Translations under genes and position numbers: made by a program
Assembly: GCF_006345805.1 (NCBI RefSeq)
Contig: NC_043000.1
Span: forward strand, 89,156,001-89,220,000
Origin: Octopus sinensis
Taxonomy: Eukaryota
Reading direction: 5' to 3'
DNA length: 64,000 nucleotides
In this document: positions 12,586 through 24,464 of the stretch, piece after piece
How positions within the stretch are numbered: the stretch's first letter is position 1
Layout: each line of letters starts with the position of its first letter
The notes under the pieces: generated by a model
Database searches by the model: none
Told to the model about the DNA's origin: nothing
The model's input: the letters and a program-made list of their open reading frames with translations, nothing else

Positions 12586-12619
12586 GTTTCTGAAGAAGGG
12601 CTTTGCTTGAAACGTAAAC
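12586..12619 (+). ncRNA. Minimal type-I hammerhead ribozyme-like motif of the Penelope type
   Basis: GTTT-CTGAAGA-A-GGGC(TTT)GCTT-GAAAC-GTA-AAC. Both core boxes are intact and stem III is the palindromic ACGT. Confidence 0.55.
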
Positions 12620-12939
12620 CCACCATTCTTTCCTTCCCTGAGTGTCTGCTTAATGCTTCACATGCACCACTATTTTACAAGAAAGAAATTTTTATTCCAA
12701 TGGTCATCTCATAGAAACTGCTAAAACTATCAAGTATTGTATTTATGGGTGATGTAAGCCTAACTTCACTGACGCTCAAATAGGATTAATATTTAGATGT
12801 TCAGAAATAAAACACTCATGCACACACACACACTTGTGATCATGATCCTCGTTTAATGTTTATTTTTCATGCTGGCATGCACTTTGGTTTGACAGGACAT
12901 GAAAAGCCAGAGGACTGTGCAAATCGTCAAAGGCTGCCA

Positions 12940-13265
12940 AATGAAGAGAATATATAGGAGGAGAATCTTCTTAATGTGGATCTAGCAAAGGGACCAGCTA
13001 TCTGAGTTGACAGCAGTATGGTAGATAAGGTTATTAAGGATAAGAAAACAGGGAAAACCCTAGCCCATCAGGAATTACCATTGACATACTTAAAATAATA
13101 TCTGATGAAGTGTGATATGGCCTAGTCACCCTTGTAGTTTATCAGGTCGTCCAAGAAGGGGCCATACCTAACAACTCGTGTAACTGCATTGTAGGCAACT
13201 ATTACAAATTTGAAGGAGATGCCTTAGATATAAGTAATTAAAGCATCAAATTAAAGTATCAAATT
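12940..13265 (+). mobile_element. Old internal RTE fragment
   Basis: Homologous to 510-790 (GGGACCAGCTATC...CCCATCAGGAATTAC...CCTAGTCACCC). Confidence 0.75.
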
Positions 13266-13331
13266 ACCGGCACAATCCAAACTGCATTTCATCTAAATTC
13301 ATCAGATTCCTAATTAGTTGAGCTATGACCC

Positions 13332-13565
13332 TTTCTTATTTCTTTACTGTCCACAAGGGGCTACACACAGAGGGGGAAAACAAGGACAAACAGATTAAGT
13401 CGATTACATCAACCCCAGTATGTAACTGGTATTTATTTAATCGACCCCAAAAGGATGAAAGGCAAAGTCGACCTCAGTGGAATTTGAACTCAGAATGTAG
13501 CAGCAGACGAGATACCACTAAGCATTTCGCCCGGCGTGCTAACGTTTCTGCTAGCTCGCCGCCTT
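13332..13565 (-). mobile_element. SINE family B, full-length
   Basis: The reverse strand reads GGCGGCGAGCTAGCAGAAACGTTAGC...GTCGACTTTGCCTTTCATCC...AAAGAAATAAG. Confidence 0.9.
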
Positions 13566-13584
13566 TCTGTAACTTTTCATGACC

Positions 13585-13800
13585 CTTTCCATAACTTTTC
13601 ATGACCTGTTTTCCATGTTGGCATGGGTTGGACGGTTTGACTGAAAACTGTCAAGAATAGAGCTGCACCAGGTTCCAATCTGATTTAGCAAGGTTTCTAC
13701 AGCTGGATGCCCCTCCTTAATCCCTAACAATACTCCAAAAGTGGGTGCTTTTTACATGCCACTGGCATGGATGCTATTGACGTGACACTGGCATTGGCCA
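13585..13800 (-). mobile_element. RTE 3' tail fragment
   Basis: Reverse homolog of 2760-2960. Confidence 0.75.
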
Positions 13801-14059
13801 TGACTATGACCTACACAAGCACAGTATATCTCCAACCCTAAGAATTAGTTCCCTTGTGGTACTGGGATCAAATCCTACTGATGAGTGACTTAACTTTCTT
13901 TTATTCCTCCAGAATCAATAATAATTTACTATCAGTCATTAATAATGGAATGCATGCTTGAATTTTCTTCGGAAATTTCAGGTCCAATACCAAAGTTATA
14001 AATCACAATTTTCCAGAAGCATAACCATTTTTATAGTGTGCTTTCATTTCACTACTGTG

Positions 14060-14490
14060 ATGCTCTTATGGCTACGGTATTGAAAGTGTTTTGCGTAGGA
14101 TGTGTACAGTGCCCAGTAGTGCAATTTTCTGTTTGTTATATATATTTGTAAGTCCTGGTGTTTTTGTTATGTATTTGTCTGAATATTTTTTTTATCATAC
14201 CTAATGCACCTACTATGATAGGAATTGTTTCTGTTTTTAGATTCCACATTCAAGCTACCTCTATTTCCAGGTCTTTGTATTTTGAAAGTTTCTCCATTTC
14301 TTTTAGAGAAATGTTGTCATCTGCTGGTATTGATACATCAATTAGAAAGCATTTTTTCCTCATGATCTCTGACAACTATATCTGGCCTATTGGCCTTAAT
14401 TTCTCTATCTGTGTGTATTGGCATATCCCAGAGTATGGTTGTTTTCTCGTTTTCTGTTACCTCTTCTGGCATGTGCATATACCATCTTTT
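14060..14490 (-). mobile_element. R4/Dong-clade 3' fragment (RLE domain)
   Basis: Reads TILWDMPIHTDREIKANRPDIVVRDH...LIDVSIP...KYKDLEIEV...IPIIVGALG...LLGTVHILRK across frameshifts. Confidence 0.88.
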
Positions 14491-14534
14491 TTTCTCCTTT
14501 ATTATTATTATTATTATTATTATTATTTTTATTA

Positions 14535-14850
14535 TTTAAGACGTCGTAGAGTATCCAATATCGTGTTGTTGACTGAAGATGCCATGTTTCCCAGGGGTCT
14601 GTACTGTTTGTCAAGTCACAACAAGGACATCAGAGAGACTACGTTATGTAATATGCATGCAGTTCCAAGTATTGCCGATTTTTACAATACACATTGATTG
14701 TAGGGTATTTCTAAAGTCTCCAGATGTTTCTTCAGGTTAGGTAGTTTCTTCAGGTTGAACCCAACGCTGCGAAGACAATAGGGACAACCTTTATGTTTGA
14801 CTCTTGTAGCTACCACATCTTGGCGAGCTCAATTCTCAGGTGTCCATATA
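14535..14850 (-). mobile_element. R4/Dong-clade short 3' fragment with (AAT)n tail
   Basis: Homologous to 14870-15170 and followed on the minus strand by (AAT)n at 14495-14535. Confidence 0.8.
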
Positions 14851-14859
14851 TTATTATCA

Positions 14860-15420
14860 TTACTATCATAGATGTCACACAGTATATAATATCGTGAGGT
14901 GGTTGATTGAAGATATTGTGTCTACCAGGGGTTTGTACTGTTTGTTAAGTCACAAGGACCTCAGATAGTACTTCACGCAATAGGCGTGCAGTTCCAAGTA
15001 ATGCCGACTTTTGCAATGCACCTAGATTGTAGAGTATTTCTAAGGTTTTCAGATGTTTTTTTCAGATTGGGTGGTATTGAACCCAATGCTCCGATGACAA
15101 TAGGGATAACCTTTATGTTTAACTCTCGTAGCAGCCACATCTTAGCGATCTCAATTCTCAGATCTCCATATTTATCAATCCTTTCTCTTTCTTTAATGAC
15201 TATATGTTGATCTCTTGGCACTGTCACGTCAATTATTAGGCACTCTTGTATGTCCCTCCTAAAGGTTACTATATCCGGCCTTCGGTGCTCTAACACCTTG
15301 TCTGTCTGGAAATTAAAGTCCCAGAGGATTTTTGCTTCCCCCTTTTCGTCCATTACCTTCTCCAGTGTATGTTAGTACCAAGCATTCGTAACCTCATATC
15401 CATACTCACGGCATATTAGC
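14860..15420 (-). mobile_element. R4/Dong-clade 3' fragment (RLE domain and 3' UTR)
   Basis: ORF 14973-15353 reads KILWDFNFQTDKVLEHRRPDIV...LIIDVTVP...KYGDL...VIPIVIGALG. Confidence 0.9.
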
Positions 15421-15820
15421 TAGTGAAGGTTTGGGGCTATGTTGTCGCGTCTACGCTTGTATTCTTTCAGCGCAAGACTTTTACAATCAATAACAATGTG
15501 TCCCGTTTTATACCCCCTTCCCACACATTCTGCAGAGGTCCGATGCACTTCTGTGGTATATATACTTTTTCATTGAATTGGTATTCCATACCTGGACCTG
15601 AGCAGCGATTATTATTATCATTATTATTATTGACTTTGCTTTTCATCTTTCATGGTGGATAAAATAAGTACCAGATGAAGCCTAGGATTGGGTTCAATGT
15701 AATCGACTACCTTCTCCTCTCCTCAACTTGCCGGTCTTGCGCCAAACTTTGAAATCATTATTATCATTATTTTTATTATTATTATTATTAAAATTATTAT
15801 TATTATTATTATTATTATTA

Positions 15821-16145
15821 GTGCGAAGGCGCGTGGCTTAGTTGTTAGGGCATTCGGCTCACGATTGTAAGGTCGTGAGTTCAATTCCCGGCGACGCGTT
15901 GTATCCTTGAGCAAGACACTTGATTTCACGTTGTTCTAGTCAACTCAGCTGGCAAAAATGAGTAGTACCTGTAATTCAAAGGGCCAGCCTTGTCACATTC
16001 TGTGTCACGCTGAAATTCCCTGAGAACTACGTTAAGGGTACACGATTCTGTGGGGTGCTCAGCCACTTGCACGTTAATTTCACAAGCAAGCTGTTCCATT
16101 GATCGCATCAACTGGGACGCTCGTCGTCGTAACCGACGGAGTGCT
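15821..16145 (+). mobile_element. tRNA-headed SINE family C (CORE-like)
   Basis: A box TGGCTTAGTTG, B box GTTCAATTCC, core CCTTGAGCAAGACACTT and tail TCGTCGTAACCGACGGAGTG. Confidence 0.9.
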
Positions 16146-16274
16146 CGTCGTCGTCGTGGTAGTAGTAGTAAATAAGTACAATTTACGCACCGGGGTCGAT
16201 GTAATCGACTTAATCTTTTTTCCAAAATTTGAGGCCTTGAACTTCCAGTAGAAAATAATAATAATTATTATTAT

Positions 16275-16823
16275 TGAGTGAGTGAGAGGGCAGTGCATGC
16301 CATCACAGTGACACTGGGGTAAAATATACGAAGCCCAGTATACCCATCATGACTACCCGTCTGATAGGGGTACACTAGGCACATGCATCACAAATATATG
16401 TGCACGACATGGTGATCTCATATCAAGATAAACAGCACATGACCTTGCAGGTGGGGCCCAATTAGAATTTTCTTCTGGTCGAGTAACCTATCCCGCTCAA
16501 AAGGTCCCTGAATAAGGGTTGTTTAAGTATGTTGAACAAAACACCCACGTTTCCAGAGGCTAATTATTCAAACCCCAAACAATCCCTCTCAAGACATGGC
16601 TATGATGCTCCCCCACTACTTCTGCTCGTGATCAGAGATGCACATATCGTCAGCCACTAAGGGACATGCTCAACTTGTTATGGTCAAACAACTGACAAGG
16701 AAATCTATGGTATTGAGCAGAATATTTGCTGTAGCCCATCTTTTATACCAAGACAAAACAATGTACATGATAACACTTCCAATGAGTTAAGATCAGAAGC
16801 CATGAGAGACAGTGTCTAGTACT
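16275..16823 (-). mobile_element. ~550-bp non-coding interspersed element embedded in (AAT)n
   Basis: Reverse complement of 42069-42622, with (ATT)n on both flanks. Confidence 0.88.
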
Positions 16824-17083
16824 TATTATTATTATTATTATTATTATTATTTTCACGACTCTTGTTTCCAAAGATCAGTATAATTCACAATGATATTGAT
16901 AAAATGTAATCCATTCCGAATCATTATGGATCATTTTCATTTTGTTTTTAGGTGATTGATAGAATATAGAAAAACCATCCTTGCAATTTCGAAAGAGCCA
17001 ATGTGGATATAGTTTAATACTGAATAATACCACACAAAGGAAATTCTAATCTTCAGAGTTAATCATGTCAGATGAAGTTTTCT

Positions 17084-17137
<54 letters not shown>

Positions 17138-17532
17138 TTTCTTTATTGTATATTCTATATCTGTAATTTTCTCTACCAGTTGTCTTTTGTTGTTTTTCCC
17201 GTTTTGTTCTTGTTTATCCATCACCCGGTATATTTGTATGTCACTGGCGCAACCAGACGAGCAGTATCATAGACTTTAACGTCTTCGGACATTAAACGCA
17301 CCGACACTACACTCATAGTTTCCATTTCTTTCGCTAATGAGAGGTATATCCTTATCTTTCGTTCTTTCTTTCGTAAATCGTTTCCATTTTGAACATTCTT
17401 CACAAAATTTCTAAAGTACAGTCTACCAGCGTTTTCCCCTACACACAAAACCACACACACAGCACAAACACAAACTCACACACACTCACGCTCACAAACA
17501 CATATGTATGTATGTATGTCATTATTCAGTAC

Positions 17533-20465
17533 ATTTCAAGATTTCTTACCAATAGAGAAAGAATCGGTTTCTAAACTGGATCCAAGGCTCCTTCATGGAA
17601 ATTTCAACATCAACAGGGTATTTCTGTATGTATGTATGTATGTATGTATGTATGTATGTATGTATGTGTGTATGTATGTATGTATGTATGTATGTATGTA
17701 TGTATGTATGTATGTATGTATGTATGTATGTATGTATGAATGTATGTACAGATTTGTATGTTTTATGTATGTATTCTTATGCATATAGCTGCATATCTAA
17801 ACATGCTCATATATATTCAAATGATAAACTTCTGGAAAGTCTTACAGATTTTTACAGTTCCAGCGATGGATTGTATTTGTAGTCTTCGAATTAGATTTCT
17901 CCTTTCTGGCCCTAAGAAGCCCAATTTTTTAAGATTGCTGTTTAGGCAGTGTGTTACATATCCCAGGGCCCCAATAATTACAGGTATACACTTGAACTTG
18001 TAATCTGGTTTGAGTAACTGCAGATTTTTCAATAGATCAGCATCTGTTCTCGTTTTCACTGATCTACAGCTTCATGTTATCATCTGCTGGGCAGCTAATT
18101 TCCATAACTGTGCACAGTTTCTCTTCTCTATCCCAAATCATTTAATCAAGTCTGTTGTGCTTAGATTTTATTGAGGTTTTCACTGGTACATTCCACCAGT
18201 ATTCCTTTTTATTATGAGTGGCTATGGCTTCTACCATATTGTGGGTTCTTATTTCTTTGTCCTCGGGTTTATCCTTTCGACGGATTTCATTATAGAGCGC
18301 CCTAGCTACAACGCCATGTCTCATCGGTAGATAATACCGTGATGACATTTTCAGACAACTGCTTATGATGTGGGTGATATCTTCAGTGTGAACTCAACAA
18401 AGTCTGCATCGGTTGTCACACTTTACGGCTTTACTTGCATCTCTATCCCTTTTATGCATCAGGTACTTGGTTGATATTTCTTGTTCCTGTATTGCAAACG
18501 CATATCCTTCAAAGTGAGAGGTAGCAATCCGGCTATTGGTCCATCATAAACCGCTTTGATGACCGATGTTACTATTATCATGGAGCTTTCTACTAACATA
18601 TCCATGCATAGCCTTCTGCTCATATAGGCTCATTTTTTCATCTGATGATACGTTGCGGTAGAGCCGTGCGTCTTCTCTGGGCATGTATTCTAGGTTATCA
18701 GACAAAGAGTGTTGCTGAAGTAGCTGCCTTCCAAGCCTTATGATGTTATCAGCCTCATGTATGCAAACTACTAGGTCAAAAGATGCACTTCGACACTTGG
18801 TGGTTAAAAGATGTTGCCGAAAAGATATGATGCGACATTCAAAGGTATTTTGGATCGATGTTAAGCCTCTTCCACCTTGTTTTCGTTTTAGGTAGAGGCG
18901 CTCTACATTACTGCTTGTGTGGAAATTATGTGTGCTTGTTAGTATTTTTCGGGTTTTCACATCAATGGCTCGCATCTCATCAAGCGTCCAATCAAGCAGC
19001 CCAAATGTTGCTATGAGTTCTGGCACTGCAAACACATTTATTGAATGCAGAGAGTTGTGAAGTCCATATTTTCTTTACTCGGCAGTAATATTCAGCTGTA
19101 ATACACGTATTTTGTTATAGGTGCCACCGTAAGGTATATTTTCATCCACTCCTAGATACCTGTAACATTCCTCGTCAGATACAGGGGAAACAGTCAAATC
19201 ATTAATGGAGATGTTACTAGTCTGATTTATAGTTTTTTCCCTTTTCTCAACCATATTATAACATTTATTCTGACCAAACTCCAACCCTACATCCCTTGAG
19301 AATGTTGTAACTAGGTCAAGGCTCTTTTTCATCTCATGCATTTTCTTTGCATAAAGTTTTAAGTCATCCACAAAGAAACAGTGTGTAATTTTGGTATTTC
19401 TGTTTCTTTGTGAACCAGTGAGATATCCTTCAAACTTCCTTAACATGAATGACAAGGGCTTTACAGAAAGTATAAACATCAAAGAGAGGCTGTCTCCTTG
19501 GAATATGCCTTTGTGATACTGTATTCGATCGTTGATAATACAGTCACTCTTTGTGTTTAATTTCAAGATGGTGGCCAACGATGAAGTCAGGTCAGCTATG
19601 GCTTTGACTATTCTCACTGGAACTTTAGCAAGTTGAAGGGCTTCTAGCATCCATGAATAGGGAACATAGTTTTCTTGTAGTCTAGCCACATTAAAACTAG
19701 ATTCCTTCTATGCTCTCGCGCATGGTACAGAATGATAAGATATGGTCGGTAGAACGTTAGCTTCTTGTACCAATATCTAATAATCAAATTTCTTCCAGGT
19801 GCTTTTCCATTCTGGAGTTTCTGGATCACAGTTGCAAGTGTTCACCGTCAATGTTGTATGTTTTGGATGTAATGCAGGAGCAATAACTTTTTCGAACTTT
19901 TTTCAGCCACAGAGCATCTTGGTTAAACTCCTTCTCTTCACTCCAGATTTTCCTCCAGAAGGAGTCTATGTCTTCTCGTGAAGGAGCTTCCATGACGTTT
20001 ACTGCTCCTCTCATGTCCCCCTATACTGCTGCCCGGTTGCGGTTAAATTTTTTGTTTATTGTTTTTCTCTCGGTTATTCTCTTCTGATGTCGGAGTTTTT
20101 CACTGACAGCTTTTAGCTCCTGCTTCAGGGTAATCAGTTTGCAAGTGAGTGTCCCCTTTTTGCTGTCTCCAAACATCATTTCTATCTCCTTCTTCCCTTT
20201 CTGTTGGTGGGACGTAAAGTGATTTGCTTGTTTGCATGCAATAAGCATCATTACATGACTGATGATCTTCCGTAAGCCAGTTATCTTTTTCTCTGTCTTC
20301 AAAACCCATGATGGTACTTTCTTTGTTATTTCGGTTTTATTTACTTTTTGAATATCATTCATGTATTGATTTACAGTAGTAGCCTGACCGTATAGACAGG
20401 CGTTAATCTGTCAGTATGTGGGTTTATCACACTGTTGTAAATACTCATCACCAATTTCGTTAACA
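17533..20465 (-). mobile_element. R4-clade RLE retrotransposon, 5'-truncated and degraded, associated with (CATA)n
   Basis: Minus frames include APSREDIDSFWRKIW, GKAPGRNLIIRYWYKK, KGIFQGDSLS, FFVDDLKLY, RLYLKRKQGGRGL, YLPMRHGVVA and IPVIIGALG, with the stop at 17817. The 3' region continues through (CATA)n to a ~95-nt terminus. Confidence 0.9.
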
Positions 20466-21649
20466 TGTATGCATATATGTACGCATGCATGTTTGTTTTA
20501 TATGTGTGTATGTGTATTCATATATATAAATATATATAGCGAGAGGGAGAGGGAAGGAGAGAGAGAAGAAAGAAAGAAAGAAACAGATAGACAGACAGAG
20601 AGTGAAAGGAAGAGGTAAGGATCAAAACATTCCTTATAAGTACATACGCTGGAATCTTTGTTTTTATTTCATTTACTATCATTCTGGCGAATATTGGGGG
20701 GAAATGTTTTTTCAATTAAGTAATGAAATAAAAGAGAACACACATCGCATATATCTCTAGTTCTACACATTTAGATATTTTACCAGAAAGTTGATAGATT
20801 ATTTCTATTTTCATGATTACATCAATACTTTTGATCTTTTGTTATTTCATTCTTCTTCAACTAGATTCCTGATAATTATCATTTATTGTTATTAACATTG
20901 TTAGTCATAGAGCAGCGGCAATCATTAAATCTTACGTTTATATATAGGAAAACATTAGATATCATTAATGAACGTTAAGTTCGTTAACCAGGTCAATTTT
21001 CTTTTATACACTTTTTGCATCGTAAGATGTATCTATGGTTCTATTGTATTAAATTTCACGGTTGGATAGAAAGCAACTATTTGTTTCTCAACGAGATGCG
21101 TCTTCCCACAGGAACTGAACTTAGACCAGTTCGTGAACGTTACTGAATGATGTATTACCCATGCAGATGACCACTTGCTTCTAGTTTCTTTGGACTCGAG
21201 TTTTTATTTGGCATTTTATTTTGTACTTTATTTAATTAAAAATGCTACACTTTCCAAGATAATAAGTTTCGACCTGTGTCTGGTAGAACTCCATACAATC
21301 ACACATTTAAATATACAATACAATACCATACAATACATACATATATGTTTATATAGTTTATTCATAGGTTAAGGCTACCATTGGTTTCATGCCAAGGGGA
21401 GTCCCTTGACAATTTTTCCCTTTTAAGGGACTCACCATAACATGAAACTAATGTTAGCCATTACCTATAAATAAAAAAAAATTATCCAACAATGTAAAAG
21501 ATGCGCTTGTGCAAAGTTGGGGGCCAGAAGAGGTAAAGTAATAGTAAAGTATTAAACAAAACATGTTAAAGCTAGGTGCACAGTTGGGAGTGGGGTCGAG
21601 ACGTAGTTATGTGTATGGTGCAGTACTCAGAAGCCTATGCAGACCACGA

Positions 21650-22072
21650 AATATTCTTTTCTATTCTAGGCACAAGGCCTGAAATTTTGGTGTAGGGGGG
21701 ACAGTCGTTTAAATCTACCCCCAGTTCGCAACTGGTACTTAATTTATCGACCCCGAAAGAATTAAAGAAAAAGTCAAACTCAGAACGTAAAGAAAAACGA
21801 AATATCGCTTAGAATTTCACCCGGAATGCTAACGTTTCTTATTTCTTTACTGCCCGCAAGGGGCTACACACAGAGAGGACAAACAAGGACAGACAAAAGG
21901 ATTAAATCGATTATATCGACCCCAGCCCATAACTGGTACTTATTTAATTGATCTCGAAAGGATGAAAGGCAAAGTTGACCTCGGCGGAAATTGAACTCAG
22001 AACGTAGTGGCAGACGAAATATCGCTAAGCATTTCACCCGGCATGCTAACGTTTCTGCCAGCACGCCGCCTT
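21650..22072 (-). mobile_element. Two adjacent SINE family B copies, one partial and one full
   Basis: AATGCTAACGTTTC occurs twice. The full copy is ~21840-22072. Confidence 0.85.
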
Positions 22073-22487
22073 ACAAAATACTAATTATTAAATGTATTGC
22101 AATACTGAATAATATTAAATAGACATTAAGTAGATTACATTAGTTAAATTGGATAAATTCAATTTAATACTAGTAAACAACTAGTTTTGAACATAATGAT
22201 TATAAACAGGAAGGATAGATATCGTAGGCAAACATAGAATAAAGAAAAAAATGCTGGTCGATTGAAGAGAGTTAAAAGCTTTAAAGGGGGTGTATAAACA
22301 TGTGAGTGAATTAATAGATAAATAGATAATATATTTTATTAATCGTTATATTAATACAGTTATATGTTAAAGGCTGGGAAAAGTAAACAAATTGTTTTGA
22401 GTTATACGCTGGTACGTAAATACTTATCCGTCTGTACATAAGCTTGCCACGTACATACACATGAACTTACATACATCATGTATTCAA

Positions 22488-22536
<49 letters not shown>

Positions 22537-22540
<4 letters not shown>

Positions 22541-22849
22541 CGTGATCACCGTGACCGACCAGGCTATCAGATGTTGCTGCACATCGCTGGTCACAATGCG
22601 CTTCGCATTGTTTTAGCCTTCAAATGACGCCACCCCGCTGGCTAAGCGAGCAGGCCAACAGAAGAAAGAGTGAGAGAAAGTTGTGGCGAAAGAGTACGGC
22701 AGGGATCGCCACGACGCCCTGCCGGAGGTTCGTGGAGCTTTTAGGAGTTTTCGCTCAATAAACACTCACAACGCCTGGTTTGGGAATCGAAACTGCGATC
22801 CTACAACCACGTGTCCGCTGCCCTAACCACTGGACCATTGCGCCTCCAC
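22537..22849 (-). mobile_element. tRNA-headed SINE with a distinct body
   Basis: The reverse head GTGGAGGCGCAATGGTCCAGTGGTTAGGGC...GTTTCGATTCCC has A/B boxes. The body is unrelated to families A-C. Confidence 0.75.
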
Positions 22850-23116
22850 AAACACACACACACACACACACACACACATAATAACAGAGATGGGCTGAGG
22901 TTCAACTATAGTGAACCTCAGCCCATCTGTGTTATTATCTATACTTCACCATACTCGGAACCTTCCCTGCGTTGGATCTTGAGCCTACAGTGGACCGTGG
23001 AAATACGTGTCTGAATGTCCTCTTGTGTGACTTTACGTATATGTTGTATATTTCGTCAATACTTGTGAATGTATGCGTAGCTGGAAGGGAAAAATCTGTA
23101 TTTACTTTAGTAAGTA

Positions 23117-23630
23117 CTGTAAATCCCCGAGTATAGTCCGCCCTTGAGTATAATACGCAAGGGATTTTTAGGGGGGTATACCTCTGAAAAACCTAAACCT
23201 TGTGTATAATACGTACCACTTCTCTAACTTGAGTCGTGCGTAATTAAGCCAGCATCACCTAGTCGAAAAAACACTTCCACGCATGCGTAATACAATAATG
23301 GTGATGTTCTTAACTTTTATATGGGAATGTAAATATGTTTGCAAATTGTTTTTGTTACATATTATTCTGTGTTCTGAATACTTTTATTTTAATAAATCTT
23401 ACTTACTGCAAGTTATGGATGATTCTTTTATGACTTCATTGCTTTCTGGCTTAGCTTAAGGTATTTTCGCGCCCGAAATCACAAAATGCGTCTGAATAAA
23501 CATTGCCAGACAGCAAATAGACACTCGGACATTGCTTAGAAAATATTTTTCATTTTTGACCTCGTATATACTAGGAATTTTGACCTTTAAATTTTAGGAA
23601 AAAATGTGCATTATAATCGAGGATTTACGG
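23117..23630 (+). mobile_element. Tc2/pogo-like MITE, copy 2
   Basis: TA-CTGTAAATCCCCGAGTATA ... TATAATCGAGGATTTACGG-TA, collinear with 3676-4196. Confidence 0.88.
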
Positions 23631-24011
23631 TACGCCAGTGTTCGTACACACTGTTAGTGCATAGGTGCGCTATCTCCGACGCTACCTTGATGATGCAATT
23701 TAGCATTAAACTGAAGGATTACTCGTGACTTTTTTAGCAGGGGACATGTTAATTACATTTTTCGAGGTAAAGTTTGACTATGACTTCAAAGTCACACGCA
23801 GAAACACACACGAGCAAGCACACACACACACACGCACACACACGCACACACACACACGCACAGGCACACGTACGCACACACACGCACGCACTTATATACG
23901 TACACATATACACGCGGAGTACACCGGATATTTGGGAACAAAGCAAAACACAAGACCAAGAATAAAACATTAAACAAGCAAAAACCTATACTCTCAGAAA
24001 AAAGGGAATGA

Positions 24012-24310
24012 CACACTCCGTCGGTTACGACGACGAGGGTTCCAGTTGATCTGATCAACGCAATAGCCTGCTCGTGAAATTAACGAGCAAGTGGCTGAGC
24101 ACTCCATGGACACACGTACCCTTAACATAGTTCTCAAAGATATTCAGCGTGACACAGAATGCGACAAAGCTGGCTCTTTGAATTACACTCATTTTTGCCA
24201 GCTGAGTGGACTGGAACAACGTGAAATAAAGGACACAACGCGTTGCCGGGAATTGAACTCACAACCTTGCGATCATGAGCCGAATGCCCTAACCACTAAA
24301 CCACGCGCTT
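24012..24310 (-). mobile_element. SINE family C
   Basis: Reverse complement of 15821-16145. Confidence 0.88.
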
Positions 24311-24464
24311 TAACTCAATTAGATATATCAGAGAAACAAACCATTCAATAAAACTACACTCAATCCCACTGGTAACTCTGATATATCTTGTGAGGTGATT
24401 ACATAAGATCCTGTAGAGCAAAGCCATATCACACATAATATTCATGAGAGCAGCTCTAGATGAA

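Noticed and set aside
15821-15895. tRNA-like sequences at SINE heads (also 32597, 51588, 8224 and others)
   Set aside because: They have A/B boxes but no complete cloverleaf and continue into SINE bodies, so they are not tRNA genes.
17221-17460. 79-aa minus-strand ORF with a non-repetitive sequence
   Set aside because: No recognisable motif or convincing splice signals, and it starts inside a CA-rich tract.
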